Below are positions 1-8,366 of a DNA stretch of 64,000 bases, one piece after another. The stretch is from Planctomycetia bacterium (GTDB taxonomy: Bacteria > Planctomycetota > Planctomycetia > Pirellulales > UBA1268), in contig JAPLNR010000069.1 of assembly GCA_026401035.1 (NCBI GenBank), forward strand, positions 66,063 through 130,062, read 5' to 3'. Numbering within the stretch: position 1 is the first letter of the stretch; every line of letters begins with the position of its first letter. Below the pieces are notes generated by a model. It was not told where the DNA came from, made no database searches, and worked only from the letters and a program-made list of their open reading frames with translations. The position numbers and the translations under genes were made by a program.

Positions 1-1456
1 GAAAGTCGGCGAGCAATCGTCGTGCGTCGGCCTCCGGATCGGACGACTGCACGGTCTCGAGCGGCCGCTTCGATTCTTCCTTGGGCAGATCGCGGCCGGG
101 CACGGGGACACAGGTCGAATATTGGGGCACAGGCGGGTTGCGCCGCGGTGGCACCACGGCGCTCCCCTCCGGCAGGGCCGCAATGGGGAGCTCGCCGAAG
201 AGCCGACGGTGACTCGCGGGGGGCCACGACTCGAATACCGGCCCTTCCACCTCGAACCAGTCGATCGCCACGCCGTCGCCGGCGTAGTCGCGGGTGACGC
301 CGCCGCCGCCTCTGAAGTCACCGAGGAACCGGGAGTGGACGGAGATCGGATCGAAGACGAGAAGCTCGCGGCCGTCGAGCCACGTCGTGAATTCCTGCTC
401 CCGTGGTTTCAGCGACGGCGCTGTCATCACGCCGATCGGACGGCCGAGCGAGGTGAACATGTCGGACGCCGCCCACACAAGCGCGTATTGCAGACTCGAG
501 ACCGGCTCGACCGCGGTCTTGTTCCAGTGGAATCCCCAGAGGGAAAACCGCAGCCGGTAGGGGCCCGAATAGATCGGTGCCACGCCCATATCGACGGCGC
601 CGCCCACTCCCTGGCTGAGATGGCCCAGGAGGCCGACGGCGTCTTGCGTTTCGCAAATGCGTCGCTCTTGGCAGAGGGCCTTCTTGGCGCCCCGAACGGA
701 TCCTTTCCAGTTGTACTTGCCGTCGCGATCGAGCCCGGGCGGCTCCTGTGGCGCCGCCGTGTCGAGCGGCTGGAGGTCGTCGAAGCGGCCGTCCTTCAGC
801 AGCACGGCGTTCTCGTCGATGATGTGGCCGAAAAACACCCGCACGCTCGCCGGGTAAAACCGCTTCTTGAAGACGGGGGGCGGCTCGCTGCGTGTGGCGA
901 TCGCGGCATCGAGCGCGATCTCCACGGACTTGGCGTAGGCCTCGAGATGCACGGGCGACAGATCGAGGCCGTCGGCGATCTTGTTGAATCCGGCCACCTT
1001 GCCATCCTCCGGAAGCAGGCTGCGAATCTCGAGCCGATCGAGGGCCAGAAGATCCCGGAGCGTGTTTTCATATTCCGCCGTCGTCATCCGCCGCATACGG
1101 GTGCGGCCGGCAGCGGCGATCCGCTTGGCGTCGGCACGGAGGAGGTTCTCGTTGAGCCATCCCGTGATCGCATCGATCTCTTTGCGATCGGGCCGCTCCG
1201 CTTCGGCCGGCGGCATCTCTCCCGCGGCGATCCGGTCGTGGATCCTCACGAACGTCTGCAGGCTGGCCGAATCCGAAAAATCCCGCGACAGCACTGCGAG
1301 GTCGAGCCCCGCCTCCGGCTTGGTTCCAGAGTGGCAGTCGTAGCAGTGGCGCTCGAAGAAGGTTTCAAGCTGGGTCGGCTCGGCATGGGCCACATGTGCG
1401 GCGGCACCGGCGAGTGCGAGTGCCGACACCGCTGCGCAAAGACAGGGGCGGATCAT
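1..1456 (-). CDS. DUF1592/DUF1588-type protein with N-terminal CxxCH motif (partial, runs off left edge)
   Basis: This minus-strand frame is open to position 1, so it has no in-window stop and is absent from the ORF track. The ATG at 1456..1454 overlaps the TGA of the upstream gene (tcat at 1453-1456). My translation reads MIRPCLCAAVSALALAGAAAHVAHAEPTQLETFFERHCYDCHSGTKPEAGLDL..., and further in ...DGVAIDWFEVEGPVFESWPPASHRRLFGELPI. It is colinear with the paralogs at 2784..5492 and 8367..11039. Confidence 0.85.
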   Translation of the reverse strand, partial: MIRPCLCAAVSALALAGAAAHVAHAEPTQLETFFERHCYDCHSGTKPEAGLDLAVLSRDFSDSASLQTFVRIHDRIAAGEMPPAEAERPDRKEIDAITGWLNENLLRADAKRIAAAGRTRMRRMTTAEYENTLRDLLALDRLEIRSLLPEDGKVAGFNKIADGLDLSPVHLEAYAKSVEIALDAAIATRSEPPPVFKKRFYPASVRVFFGHIIDENAVLLKDGRFDDLQPLDTAAPQEPPGLDRDGKYNWKGSVRGAKKALCQERRICETQDAVGLLGHLSQGVGGAVDMGVAPIYSGPYRLRFSLWGFHWNKTAVEPVSSLQYALVWAASDMFTSLGRPIGVMTAPSLKPREQEFTTWLDGRELLVFDPISVHSRFLGDFRGGGGVTRDYAGDGVAIDWFEVEGPVFESWPPASHRRLFGELPIAALPEGSAVVPPRRNPPVPQYSTCVPVPGRDLPKEESKRPLETVQSSDPEADARRLLADF

Positions 1457-2787
1457 GCGTCGAGCCCCCGTAGCGAGCCCGTGCTCGTGGCGAACGAGTC
1501 GGTCTCGATCCCGAGCCGCTGGAGCATCGATACGAAGAGGTTCGCGAGCGGCTCGTTCTTCTTCTCGTCGAACGCGAGGTAGCCGGGGTGCCGGTGCCCG
1601 CCGCCGGCGAGCACGATAGGAAGATTGGTGTTCAAGTGGCTGTTGGCATTGCCCAGGCAGCTGCCATACAGCACCTGCGTGTGATCGAGCAGCGTGCCGT
1701 CTGCCTCCCGGGCCTCGCCGAGCGCCTGAAGGAAGCCGGCGAAGGCACGCATTTGGGCCTCCTCGACGTTCTTCAATTGGGCGATCTTCTCCGGCTCGTT
1801 GCCGTGATGGCTCAGGTGGTGCGTGTCGTACTTCACGCCCGGCACGTGGGCGATCGTGCTGAACGTGCTCACGTAGAGCGTGATCACGCGGGTGGAATCG
1901 GTCTGGAGCGCCAGCCGCATGAGTGCGAACATGAGCTTCGACTTCTCGATCACATGGTTGTAGTCGGGCACGTCGTTCGGTTCGGAGTAGTCGACCTTCG
2001 GCTTCGGCGTTTTCTCCCAGGCAAGCGACCGCGCGAGCCGCCGCTCCACCTCGCGAACGCTCGTGAAATACTGGTCGAGCCGGGCCCGGTCGGCGGCGGT
2101 TATCGAGCGGTCGAGCGCCTTCGCCCGGTCGCCCACGAGGTCGAGCACGCTGTCGCCCGCCTCAATCCGCCGGAGCGATGCCGCCTGCTCTTCGGGTGTG
2201 CCGTCGACGAACAGGCTCCTGTAGAGCAGCTTCGGGCTCAACGTCGCGGGAATCCCGACGCCCGAACGCGAAATGGAGATGGCCAGGCCGCTGTCGGCGA
2301 TCGTGTTTTTCTGTACGCCGAGCACGAGGGACGGAAACCTCGTCTCGAGGCCGATCTTGCTGGCGGCAAACTGGTCGAGCGACTCCGCATTCCGAAACGT
2401 TCCTCGACCCGTACCAGCCGCCGCGCTCAAGAAGCTGGAGACCGCGGCGTGTCCGCCGCCAACACCGGGATGCGACAGACCGGCGAATGCTGTGTATCGC
2501 CCGGTGAGATCACCGAGCAGGTCGAGGTAGGGGCTCGAAGCAGCTGGCGTCGTGCCCGCCGTGGCGGGCTGCGGCGACCGGCCCGGTTTCTCGGCTTCGT
2601 CGGATTGTCCGGGAAAGAAAAACCTCGGCAGCATGCCGAGCGGCAGATGGATCGCGACCATCCGCTGCGGCGGCGCGGCGGCCGCCGCACGAGCGGCGCG
2701 ACCGAAGACCGGCACCATCGCGTCGAGCCACGGGAGCGCGATGCCTGCCCCGGCCGCTCGGAGGATGCTGCGGCGAGTGATCTTCAT
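1453..2787 (-). CDS. DUF1552 (HXXSHH) family protein with TAT-like signal
   Basis: 444-aa ORF. N-terminus MKITRRSILRAAGAGIALPWLDAM has a twin-arginine signal. Contains the THHLSHHGN motif. C-terminus LANLFVSMLQRLGIETDSFATSTGSLRGLDA is shared with the paralogs at 5489 and 11036. Confidence 0.9.
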   Translation of the reverse strand: MKITRRSILRAAGAGIALPWLDAMVPVFGRAARAAAAAPPQRMVAIHLPLGMLPRFFFPGQSDEAEKPGRSPQPATAGTTPAASSPYLDLLGDLTGRYTAFAGLSHPGVGGGHAAVSSFLSAAAGTGRGTFRNAESLDQFAASKIGLETRFPSLVLGVQKNTIADSGLAISISRSGVGIPATLSPKLLYRSLFVDGTPEEQAASLRRIEAGDSVLDLVGDRAKALDRSITAADRARLDQYFTSVREVERRLARSLAWEKTPKPKVDYSEPNDVPDYNHVIEKSKLMFALMRLALQTDSTRVITLYVSTFSTIAHVPGVKYDTHHLSHHGNEPEKIAQLKNVEEAQMRAFAGFLQALGEAREADGTLLDHTQVLYGSCLGNANSHLNTNLPIVLAGGGHRHPGYLAFDEKKNEPLANLFVSMLQRLGIETDSFATSTGSLRGLDA

Positions 2788-5492
2788 GGGATTTCCTGGG
2801 AGGGTTTCGGCAATAGGCGGCTGGCGGCGATCGCGTGGATCAGCGAACGGATGCCGTATTGGCTGGGTGCCGCAGCATCGAGGATGCCCTCGATCGCGCG
2901 GCGGTCTCCGTAGCCGATATCAGCGCCCGTCGCGTATCTCACCATCTGGGCCGTGAAGGCGCGGGCCAGTGCCCGGGAATCCTCGGCGAGGAGCGCTTTC
3001 ATTCCGCGGATGTCGGCGAACGACCGGCCATCCGGGAGCCGCCCCGAGGAATCGACGGCCGGCCCCAGCCGATACCGGGCCCGCCAGCGTTCGCGCACGG
3101 CCTCGGACACGGGATCACCCTTGTCAGTCGAACGGTAGCGATCGCGGTGGCCTCCCATCACGTCGAAGGCCTCGAGCGCGAAGCCGGCCGGGTCGATCTT
3201 CACGTGGCACACGGCACAGGTCGCATGGCTACTATGCAAGGCCAACTGCTCGCGGATCGTCGTCGCCCCGCGGGTGTCGGGATCGATCGCCGGCACGTTG
3301 GCCGGGGGCGGCGGCACCGGATCGTCGAGCAGCCGGTCCATCACCCACACGCCCCGCTTGACGGGCGACGTGACCGTGCCGTTGGCGGTGAGCTTCAGGA
3401 TCGAGGCCTGCGTGAGCAGGCCGCCACGCACGCTTTCCGCAGGCAGCGTCACGCGTCGCACCTCCACGCCGTCGATGCCGGGCACGCCGTAGACGTCGGC
3501 CAGCCGCTGGTTGAGCAGCGTGAAATCGCTCTCGATGAGGTTCCGGGCCGGCAGGTCCCGCGCGATCAGCTCGCGGACGAAGCCGCGGGACTCCGCCAGC
3601 ATGTCACCCTCCAGCGGCAGCGTGAACTCCGGATAGAGCTCACGGTCGGGCGTCGTCTCGTTGATCCGCCAGAGTTCGAGCCACTGGTTGGTGAAGTCTT
3701 CGATGAAGCGATCGCTCTTCGGATCGTCAAGGAGCCGATCCACGTGGGCATGGAGCACGTTGGTATCGGTGAGCGAGCCGGCCTCGGCGGCTGCCAGCAG
3801 CTCCGCGTCGGGGGATGAATTCCAAAGCCAATACGACAGTCGCGAGGCGAGGCCATGCTCGTCGCACTTCGTGTCGGCGGGATGAAACAGGAAATCGGGC
3901 GACGTAAGGATCGCCACATACGCCCGCTTCATTGCATCTTCGAAGCATTCGCCGGCGTCGAGCCGGCTCTGCACGATCGCCACGTAGGGCTCCACGGCCG
4001 CGGAGGCAACGGGCCGCCGCAGGGCCCGCGGCAGGAAGCCGCCGAGCAGCCGCCGCGCGTCGGCGAGCGGGGCGGAGGATTGGACCGTCTCCAGCGGCCG
4101 CTTCATGTCCTGGGCCGGCAAATCCCTCCCCTGAACCGGCAGGTTCCGAGGAACCTGTTCGTAAAGGAACGTGCGGCGCGGAGGAATCGCCTGGGAATCC
4201 GCCGGCAGGGCTGCGATCGGCAGGTCGCCGAACAGCCGGCGGTGGCTCTCCGGGGGCCACGACTCGAAGATCGGCCCCTCGACCTCGTACCAGTCGATGG
4301 CCACGCCGGGGCCGACATAGTCGGTCAGGAAATTGCCCCGCTGACGGTGGCCATGGAGGCGGCGCGAATGCACCGACACGGGATCGATCACCAACGACTC
4401 CTGCGCGTCGAGCCAGGTCGTGATCTCATGTTCCCGTGGAGCGAGCGAAAGCGCCGTCATTTGCAGGAGCTGGCGTTCGAGCTGTCCCATTCGGTCGGTA
4501 GTCCAGAGGGCCGCCGCCTGCGGCGCCGCCACCGGCTCGATTTTGCCCTTGTTCCACGTGAAGCCCCAGATTGAGCACCGCAGCCGGTAGCGACCGGGAA
4601 AAATCGTGTTCACGGCCCAGCTCACGCCACCACCGACGCCGCCGTTCGGATGGCCGAGCATGCCCAAGGAACTCGGCCGCTCCCAGATGCCGAGTTCCTT
4701 GAACTGGGTCTTTCGGGCTTCGCGGCGGGCTCCGGCCGCGGCACGGATCACGTCCTTTTTCGTCTCTGGGGGGTACTCCTCGTTTTCCGTCGTCAGCGGC
4801 TGGATCGCATCCCACTGCCCGTCTTTGATGAGCACGGCCTGCTCGTCGAGGAGGTTGCCGATGACGAAGGTCGTGCTCGTCGGGTGAAACCGTCGCTTGA
4901 ACACGGGGGGCGGCTCGCTGCGGGTGGCGATTGCGTCCGTCAGTGCTTTTTCCGCGGCCGCGGCGAACGTCTCGAGGAGAACGGGCGAGAGGTCGAGGCC
5001 GTCGGCGATCTTGGTGAATCCCGCCACACGGGCGTCGTCGGGAAACATCTCGTGGATCTCGAGCCGCTCCAGGGCGAGCAGATCGCGGAGCGTGTTCTCG
5101 AACTCCCGCACCGTCATCCGGCGCATGCGGGCCCGGCCTGTCTTCTCGATCCGCGCCGAATCGGCGGTCAGGAGACGGTCGTCGAGGAGGCCGGTGACGG
5201 CGGCGATATCCTCGGCCGGCGGCCGTTCCGCATCGGCCGGTGGCATCTCGCCGCGGGCAATACGGTCGTGGATGCGAACCATTGTCCGCATCGCCTTTGG
5301 ATCGGTGAGATCGTGCGGCAGGATCGTCAGGTCGAGCCCGCCCTCGGGCTTCGGCCCCGAGTGGCAGTCGAGGCAGTGCTGCTGGAAAAACCCGTCGATC
5401 GCATCCGGGGCCGCGAAGGCTGGCGATGCCGTGATCACGAGGCCAATCGCCACCAGCGCCAGTGCCTTCGGCCATGCATGACGCCGACTCAT
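2784..5492 (-). CDS. DUF1592/DUF1595/DUF1588/DUF1587/DUF1585-type multidomain protein (planctomycete cytochrome-c-like)
   Basis: 902-aa ORF with a signal peptide. CLDCHSG lies near the N-terminus and CAVCHVKIDPAGF near the C-terminus. ATGA overlaps occur at both ends (2784-2787 and 5489-5492). Confidence 0.9.
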   Translation of the reverse strand: MSRRHAWPKALALVAIGLVITASPAFAAPDAIDGFFQQHCLDCHSGPKPEGGLDLTILPHDLTDPKAMRTMVRIHDRIARGEMPPADAERPPAEDIAAVTGLLDDRLLTADSARIEKTGRARMRRMTVREFENTLRDLLALERLEIHEMFPDDARVAGFTKIADGLDLSPVLLETFAAAAEKALTDAIATRSEPPPVFKRRFHPTSTTFVIGNLLDEQAVLIKDGQWDAIQPLTTENEEYPPETKKDVIRAAAGARREARKTQFKELGIWERPSSLGMLGHPNGGVGGGVSWAVNTIFPGRYRLRCSIWGFTWNKGKIEPVAAPQAAALWTTDRMGQLERQLLQMTALSLAPREHEITTWLDAQESLVIDPVSVHSRRLHGHRQRGNFLTDYVGPGVAIDWYEVEGPIFESWPPESHRRLFGDLPIAALPADSQAIPPRRTFLYEQVPRNLPVQGRDLPAQDMKRPLETVQSSAPLADARRLLGGFLPRALRRPVASAAVEPYVAIVQSRLDAGECFEDAMKRAYVAILTSPDFLFHPADTKCDEHGLASRLSYWLWNSSPDAELLAAAEAGSLTDTNVLHAHVDRLLDDPKSDRFIEDFTNQWLELWRINETTPDRELYPEFTLPLEGDMLAESRGFVRELIARDLPARNLIESDFTLLNQRLADVYGVPGIDGVEVRRVTLPAESVRGGLLTQASILKLTANGTVTSPVKRGVWVMDRLLDDPVPPPPANVPAIDPDTRGATTIREQLALHSSHATCAVCHVKIDPAGFALEAFDVMGGHRDRYRSTDKGDPVSEAVRERWRARYRLGPAVDSSGRLPDGRSFADIRGMKALLAEDSRALARAFTAQMVRYATGADIGYGDRRAIEGILDAAAPSQYGIRSLIHAIAASRLLPKPSQEIP

Positions 5493-6850
5493 GCCTCGAG
5501 CCCCCGGAGCGTGCCCGTGCTCGACGCGAATGAATCGGCCTCCAGCCCCAGCCTCTGCAGCATCGTCACAAACAGGTTGGCGAATGGCGCGTTGGCCTTT
5601 TCGTCGAAGGCTAGGTGGCCCGGGTGCCGGTAGCCGCCGCCGGCCAGGATGATCGGGAGGTTATTGTTGGCATGGTTGCTGGCGTTGCCGAGACAGCTGC
5701 CGTAGAGCACCTGTGTATGGTCGAGCAGGGTGCCTTCAGCTTCGGCCACCCCGCGGAGCGATTCGAGAAACCGGCCGAGCGTCCTGATCTGCGCCTCCTC
5801 CACCTTCCGCAGCTCCACGATTTTGTGCTCCTCGTTGCTGTGGTGGCTGAGACTGTGGGTGTCTTCCTTCACGCCGGGGACGTGGGCGATCGTGTTGAAC
5901 GTGCTGATGTGCAGCGTGATCACCCGCGTGGAGTCTGTTTGCAGCGAGAGTCGCATCAGGTCGAACATCAGCTGCGACTTCTCAATCACGAAGTTCGCAT
6001 CGGCAATGTCGTTCGGCTCCGGATAGTCGACCTTCGGCTTCGGGGCCTGCTCCCACTCGACGGCACGGGTGATCTTCTGCTCCAGTTCCCGAACGCTCGT
6101 GAAGTATTGGTCAAGCCGCTCCCGATCGGCGGCATCGATCTCACGGGCAAGGGCCTTGGCGCGGCCCTCGACTGCGTCGAGCACGCTGCCGCCGGCTTCG
6201 ATCCGCCGCATGGTCTCGGCCTGCTCGTCCGGCGTGCCAGCGACGAACATGGCCCGGTAGAGCCGCTTCGGACTCTGCTCGGTCGGGATCGGCACGCCCG
6301 ACCGGGATATCGAGACCGCGAGGCCCCCGTCGGCAGTCGGCCGTTTCTGCACGCCGAGCGCGAGCGACGGAAACCGCGTCGCGGCGCCGAGCCGCTCGAC
6401 CGCGAACTGGTCGAGCGATTGGGTATTGCGGAACGAAGGCTGGCCGGTGCCCGGAGCGGCCGTGAGAAACGAAGCGTTCGCAGCATGTCCGCCGCCGACG
6501 CCGGGATGCGACAGACCTGAGAACGCGGTGAATTGGCCGCGGAGGTTTGCAAGCAGGTCGAGATAGGGGCTGGATGGCGTCGTCGCGGCAGCATCCGGCG
6601 TCGATGGCTTCGCCGGAAAGAAGTACATCGGCATCATGCTGAGCGGCAGGTGGATCGCCACCATCCGCCGCGGAGGTGCCTGGGCTGCCGCTCGGGCTGC
6701 TCGGCCGAACACCGGCACCATCGCATCCAAGAACGGCAGCGCGACGCCTGCGCCGACAGCCCTCAGGATCGACCGCCGCGAAAGGCGGCCCGGGGCGGGG
6801 CTTGTGATCGCCGTCTGACTAAAATACCGACCGGTTCCGCTGCGAAGCAT
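5489..6850 (-). CDS. DUF1552 (HXXSHH) family protein with TAT-like signal
   Basis: The track ORF is 5489..6952. I prefer the internal ATG at 6850 (MLRSGTGRYFSQTAITSPAPGRLSRRSILRAVGAG) because it matches paralog length. Contains the THSLSHHSN motif and a conserved C-terminus ...SSTGTLRGLEA. Confidence 0.88.
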   Translation of the reverse strand: MLRSGTGRYFSQTAITSPAPGRLSRRSILRAVGAGVALPFLDAMVPVFGRAARAAAQAPPRRMVAIHLPLSMMPMYFFPAKPSTPDAAATTPSSPYLDLLANLRGQFTAFSGLSHPGVGGGHAANASFLTAAPGTGQPSFRNTQSLDQFAVERLGAATRFPSLALGVQKRPTADGGLAVSISRSGVPIPTEQSPKRLYRAMFVAGTPDEQAETMRRIEAGGSVLDAVEGRAKALAREIDAADRERLDQYFTSVRELEQKITRAVEWEQAPKPKVDYPEPNDIADANFVIEKSQLMFDLMRLSLQTDSTRVITLHISTFNTIAHVPGVKEDTHSLSHHSNEEHKIVELRKVEEAQIRTLGRFLESLRGVAEAEGTLLDHTQVLYGSCLGNASNHANNNLPIILAGGGYRHPGHLAFDEKANAPFANLFVTMLQRLGLEADSFASSTGTLRGLEA

Positions 6851-7011
6851 GCTGTGGCCTCCAATTGAAAAGCGTATCGTCTGGAGACCTGCGAGCGAGC
6901 AGCATTCTCCCGTCATAAACTTGTCCACATGGCAGCGCGAACCGCCCTTCAAGTCGCACGTGAAAGCACGCTACCTTTCTTCCTGCCGTCCGTGACTCAT
7001 CCCTTCTCATA

Positions 7012-8043
7012 ATGCACTCCCCCCACACTGACCCATCGTTCATCTACCGCACACGCGATGCGATCGCGGCCGCCGATGCCCTCGCCGTTGCGATCGTGCA
7101 CCTCGATCTGTTCACGGCGCTGGCCCACGATCCCGCGGACGTGGCGGGCGTGTGCGGCCGGTTCGGCGTGCACCCCCGGCCGACGGATGTGCTCTGCACG
7201 CTGCTGGTCGCCCAAGGACTGCTCACCCGCGACGTCGCTGGACGGTTGACCCTGACCGCAACAGCCCAGGAGTTTTTGGTGGCTGGCTCGCCCTTCGATG
7301 CGCGGGCGTACTATGCGGCGATGGGCGACAAGCCCGGCGTGGCCGACTTCCTGAAGGTGCTGCGGACAGGCCGGCCGGCTCATTGGCCCGGCGAAGACTC
7401 CACGGCCGACTGGCACGCATCGATGCTCGACCCGGCCTTCGCGGAAGCATTCACGGCGGCCATGGACTGCCGTGGTCGGGTGCTCGCGCCGGCGCTGGCC
7501 GCGGCCGTCGATTGCCACTCGTCGCGGCGGCTGCTCGACATCGGCGGCGGATCGGGCGTCTACACCGTCGCCTTGGCCGAGCGATTCGCCGATCTCACGG
7601 CGACGGTGCTGGAAGCCCCACCCGTCGATGCCATCGCCCGGCGGAGGATCGCCGCCGCGGGACTCGACGCCCGGGTCGAAGTGGCCGGTATCGACATGTT
7701 CACGCAGGCCTGGCCCACGGACCACGATCTCCATCTCTTCTCGAACGTCCTTCACGATTGGGACGAGCCCGAATGCCGGAGACTGCTCGCAAAGAGCGCT
7801 GCCGCACTCCCTGCCGGCGGCCGCATCGTCGTCCATGACATGCTGCTCGCAGACGACAAGACGGGGCCGCTGTGGGCCGCGGAATATTCGGTGCTCCTCT
7901 CGACCATCACGCAGGGACGGCTCTATTCGGCAGCCGAGATCGCCGGCTGGCTGGCCGACCTCGGCTTCGGCATCATCGCCCGTCAGCCGACCGCACTAGG
8001 CCGCAGCGTTCTCGTCGCGGCGCGGCAGCGCCCCAGCCGTTGA
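7012..8043 (+). CDS. class I SAM-dependent O-methyltransferase (O-methyltransferase family 2-like)
   Basis: 343-aa ORF. The N-terminal dimerisation-like region is followed by the LLDIGGGSGVYTVALAERF SAM-binding motif and ...NVLHDWDEPECRRLLAKSAAALPAGGRIVVHDMLL. Confidence 0.85.
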   Translation: MHSPHTDPSFIYRTRDAIAAADALAVAIVHLDLFTALAHDPADVAGVCGRFGVHPRPTDVLCTLLVAQGLLTRDVAGRLTLTATAQEFLVAGSPFDARAYYAAMGDKPGVADFLKVLRTGRPAHWPGEDSTADWHASMLDPAFAEAFTAAMDCRGRVLAPALAAAVDCHSSRRLLDIGGGSGVYTVALAERFADLTATVLEAPPVDAIARRRIAAAGLDARVEVAGIDMFTQAWPTDHDLHLFSNVLHDWDEPECRRLLAKSAAALPAGGRIVVHDMLLADDKTGPLWAAEYSVLLSTITQGRLYSAAEIAGWLADLGFGIIARQPTALGRSVLVAARQRPSR

Positions 8044-8247
8044 GCACTCGCAGCAGCGTGTTGCACTTTGTGCGATCGACCATCGGTCGCGGGAGGCCAA
8101 GACCTCGTCGAGCTTCGACTCGGCACCGAGCGGCCGTCGAGATAGAGGCGCACCTTGACGAGCGGCGATGCCGCCCATGATGGCAACAGGCAAACCAAGT
8201 CGATCGAAGACGGCGATCAGGTCGTGGATGACGGCGGTGAGATCTGT
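7996..8247 (-). pseudogene. toxin-antitoxin debris: HepT-like N-terminal relic plus short nucleotidyltransferase-like relic
   Basis: The minus-strand ATG at 8083 gives MVDRTKCNTLLRVLNG. This aligns at both DNA and protein level with the intact HepT start (MVDHTKFDTLLSVLND) at 13176..13598. Upstream, 8164-8247 encodes ITDLTAVIHDLIAVFDRLGLPVAIMGGIAAR, which is NTase-like, with no start codon and no continuation. Confidence 0.4.
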
Positions 8248-8366
8248 TATCGGCTCGTTGCACTGCGGGTTGTTTCAGGAATGATCTCGAACGTGAGCGC
8301 AAGCCACGCCCCGGGCGTCATCCGTCGCTAGCGTTCGAGGGTTTCTTGGCTGAGCATCCTGGAATC

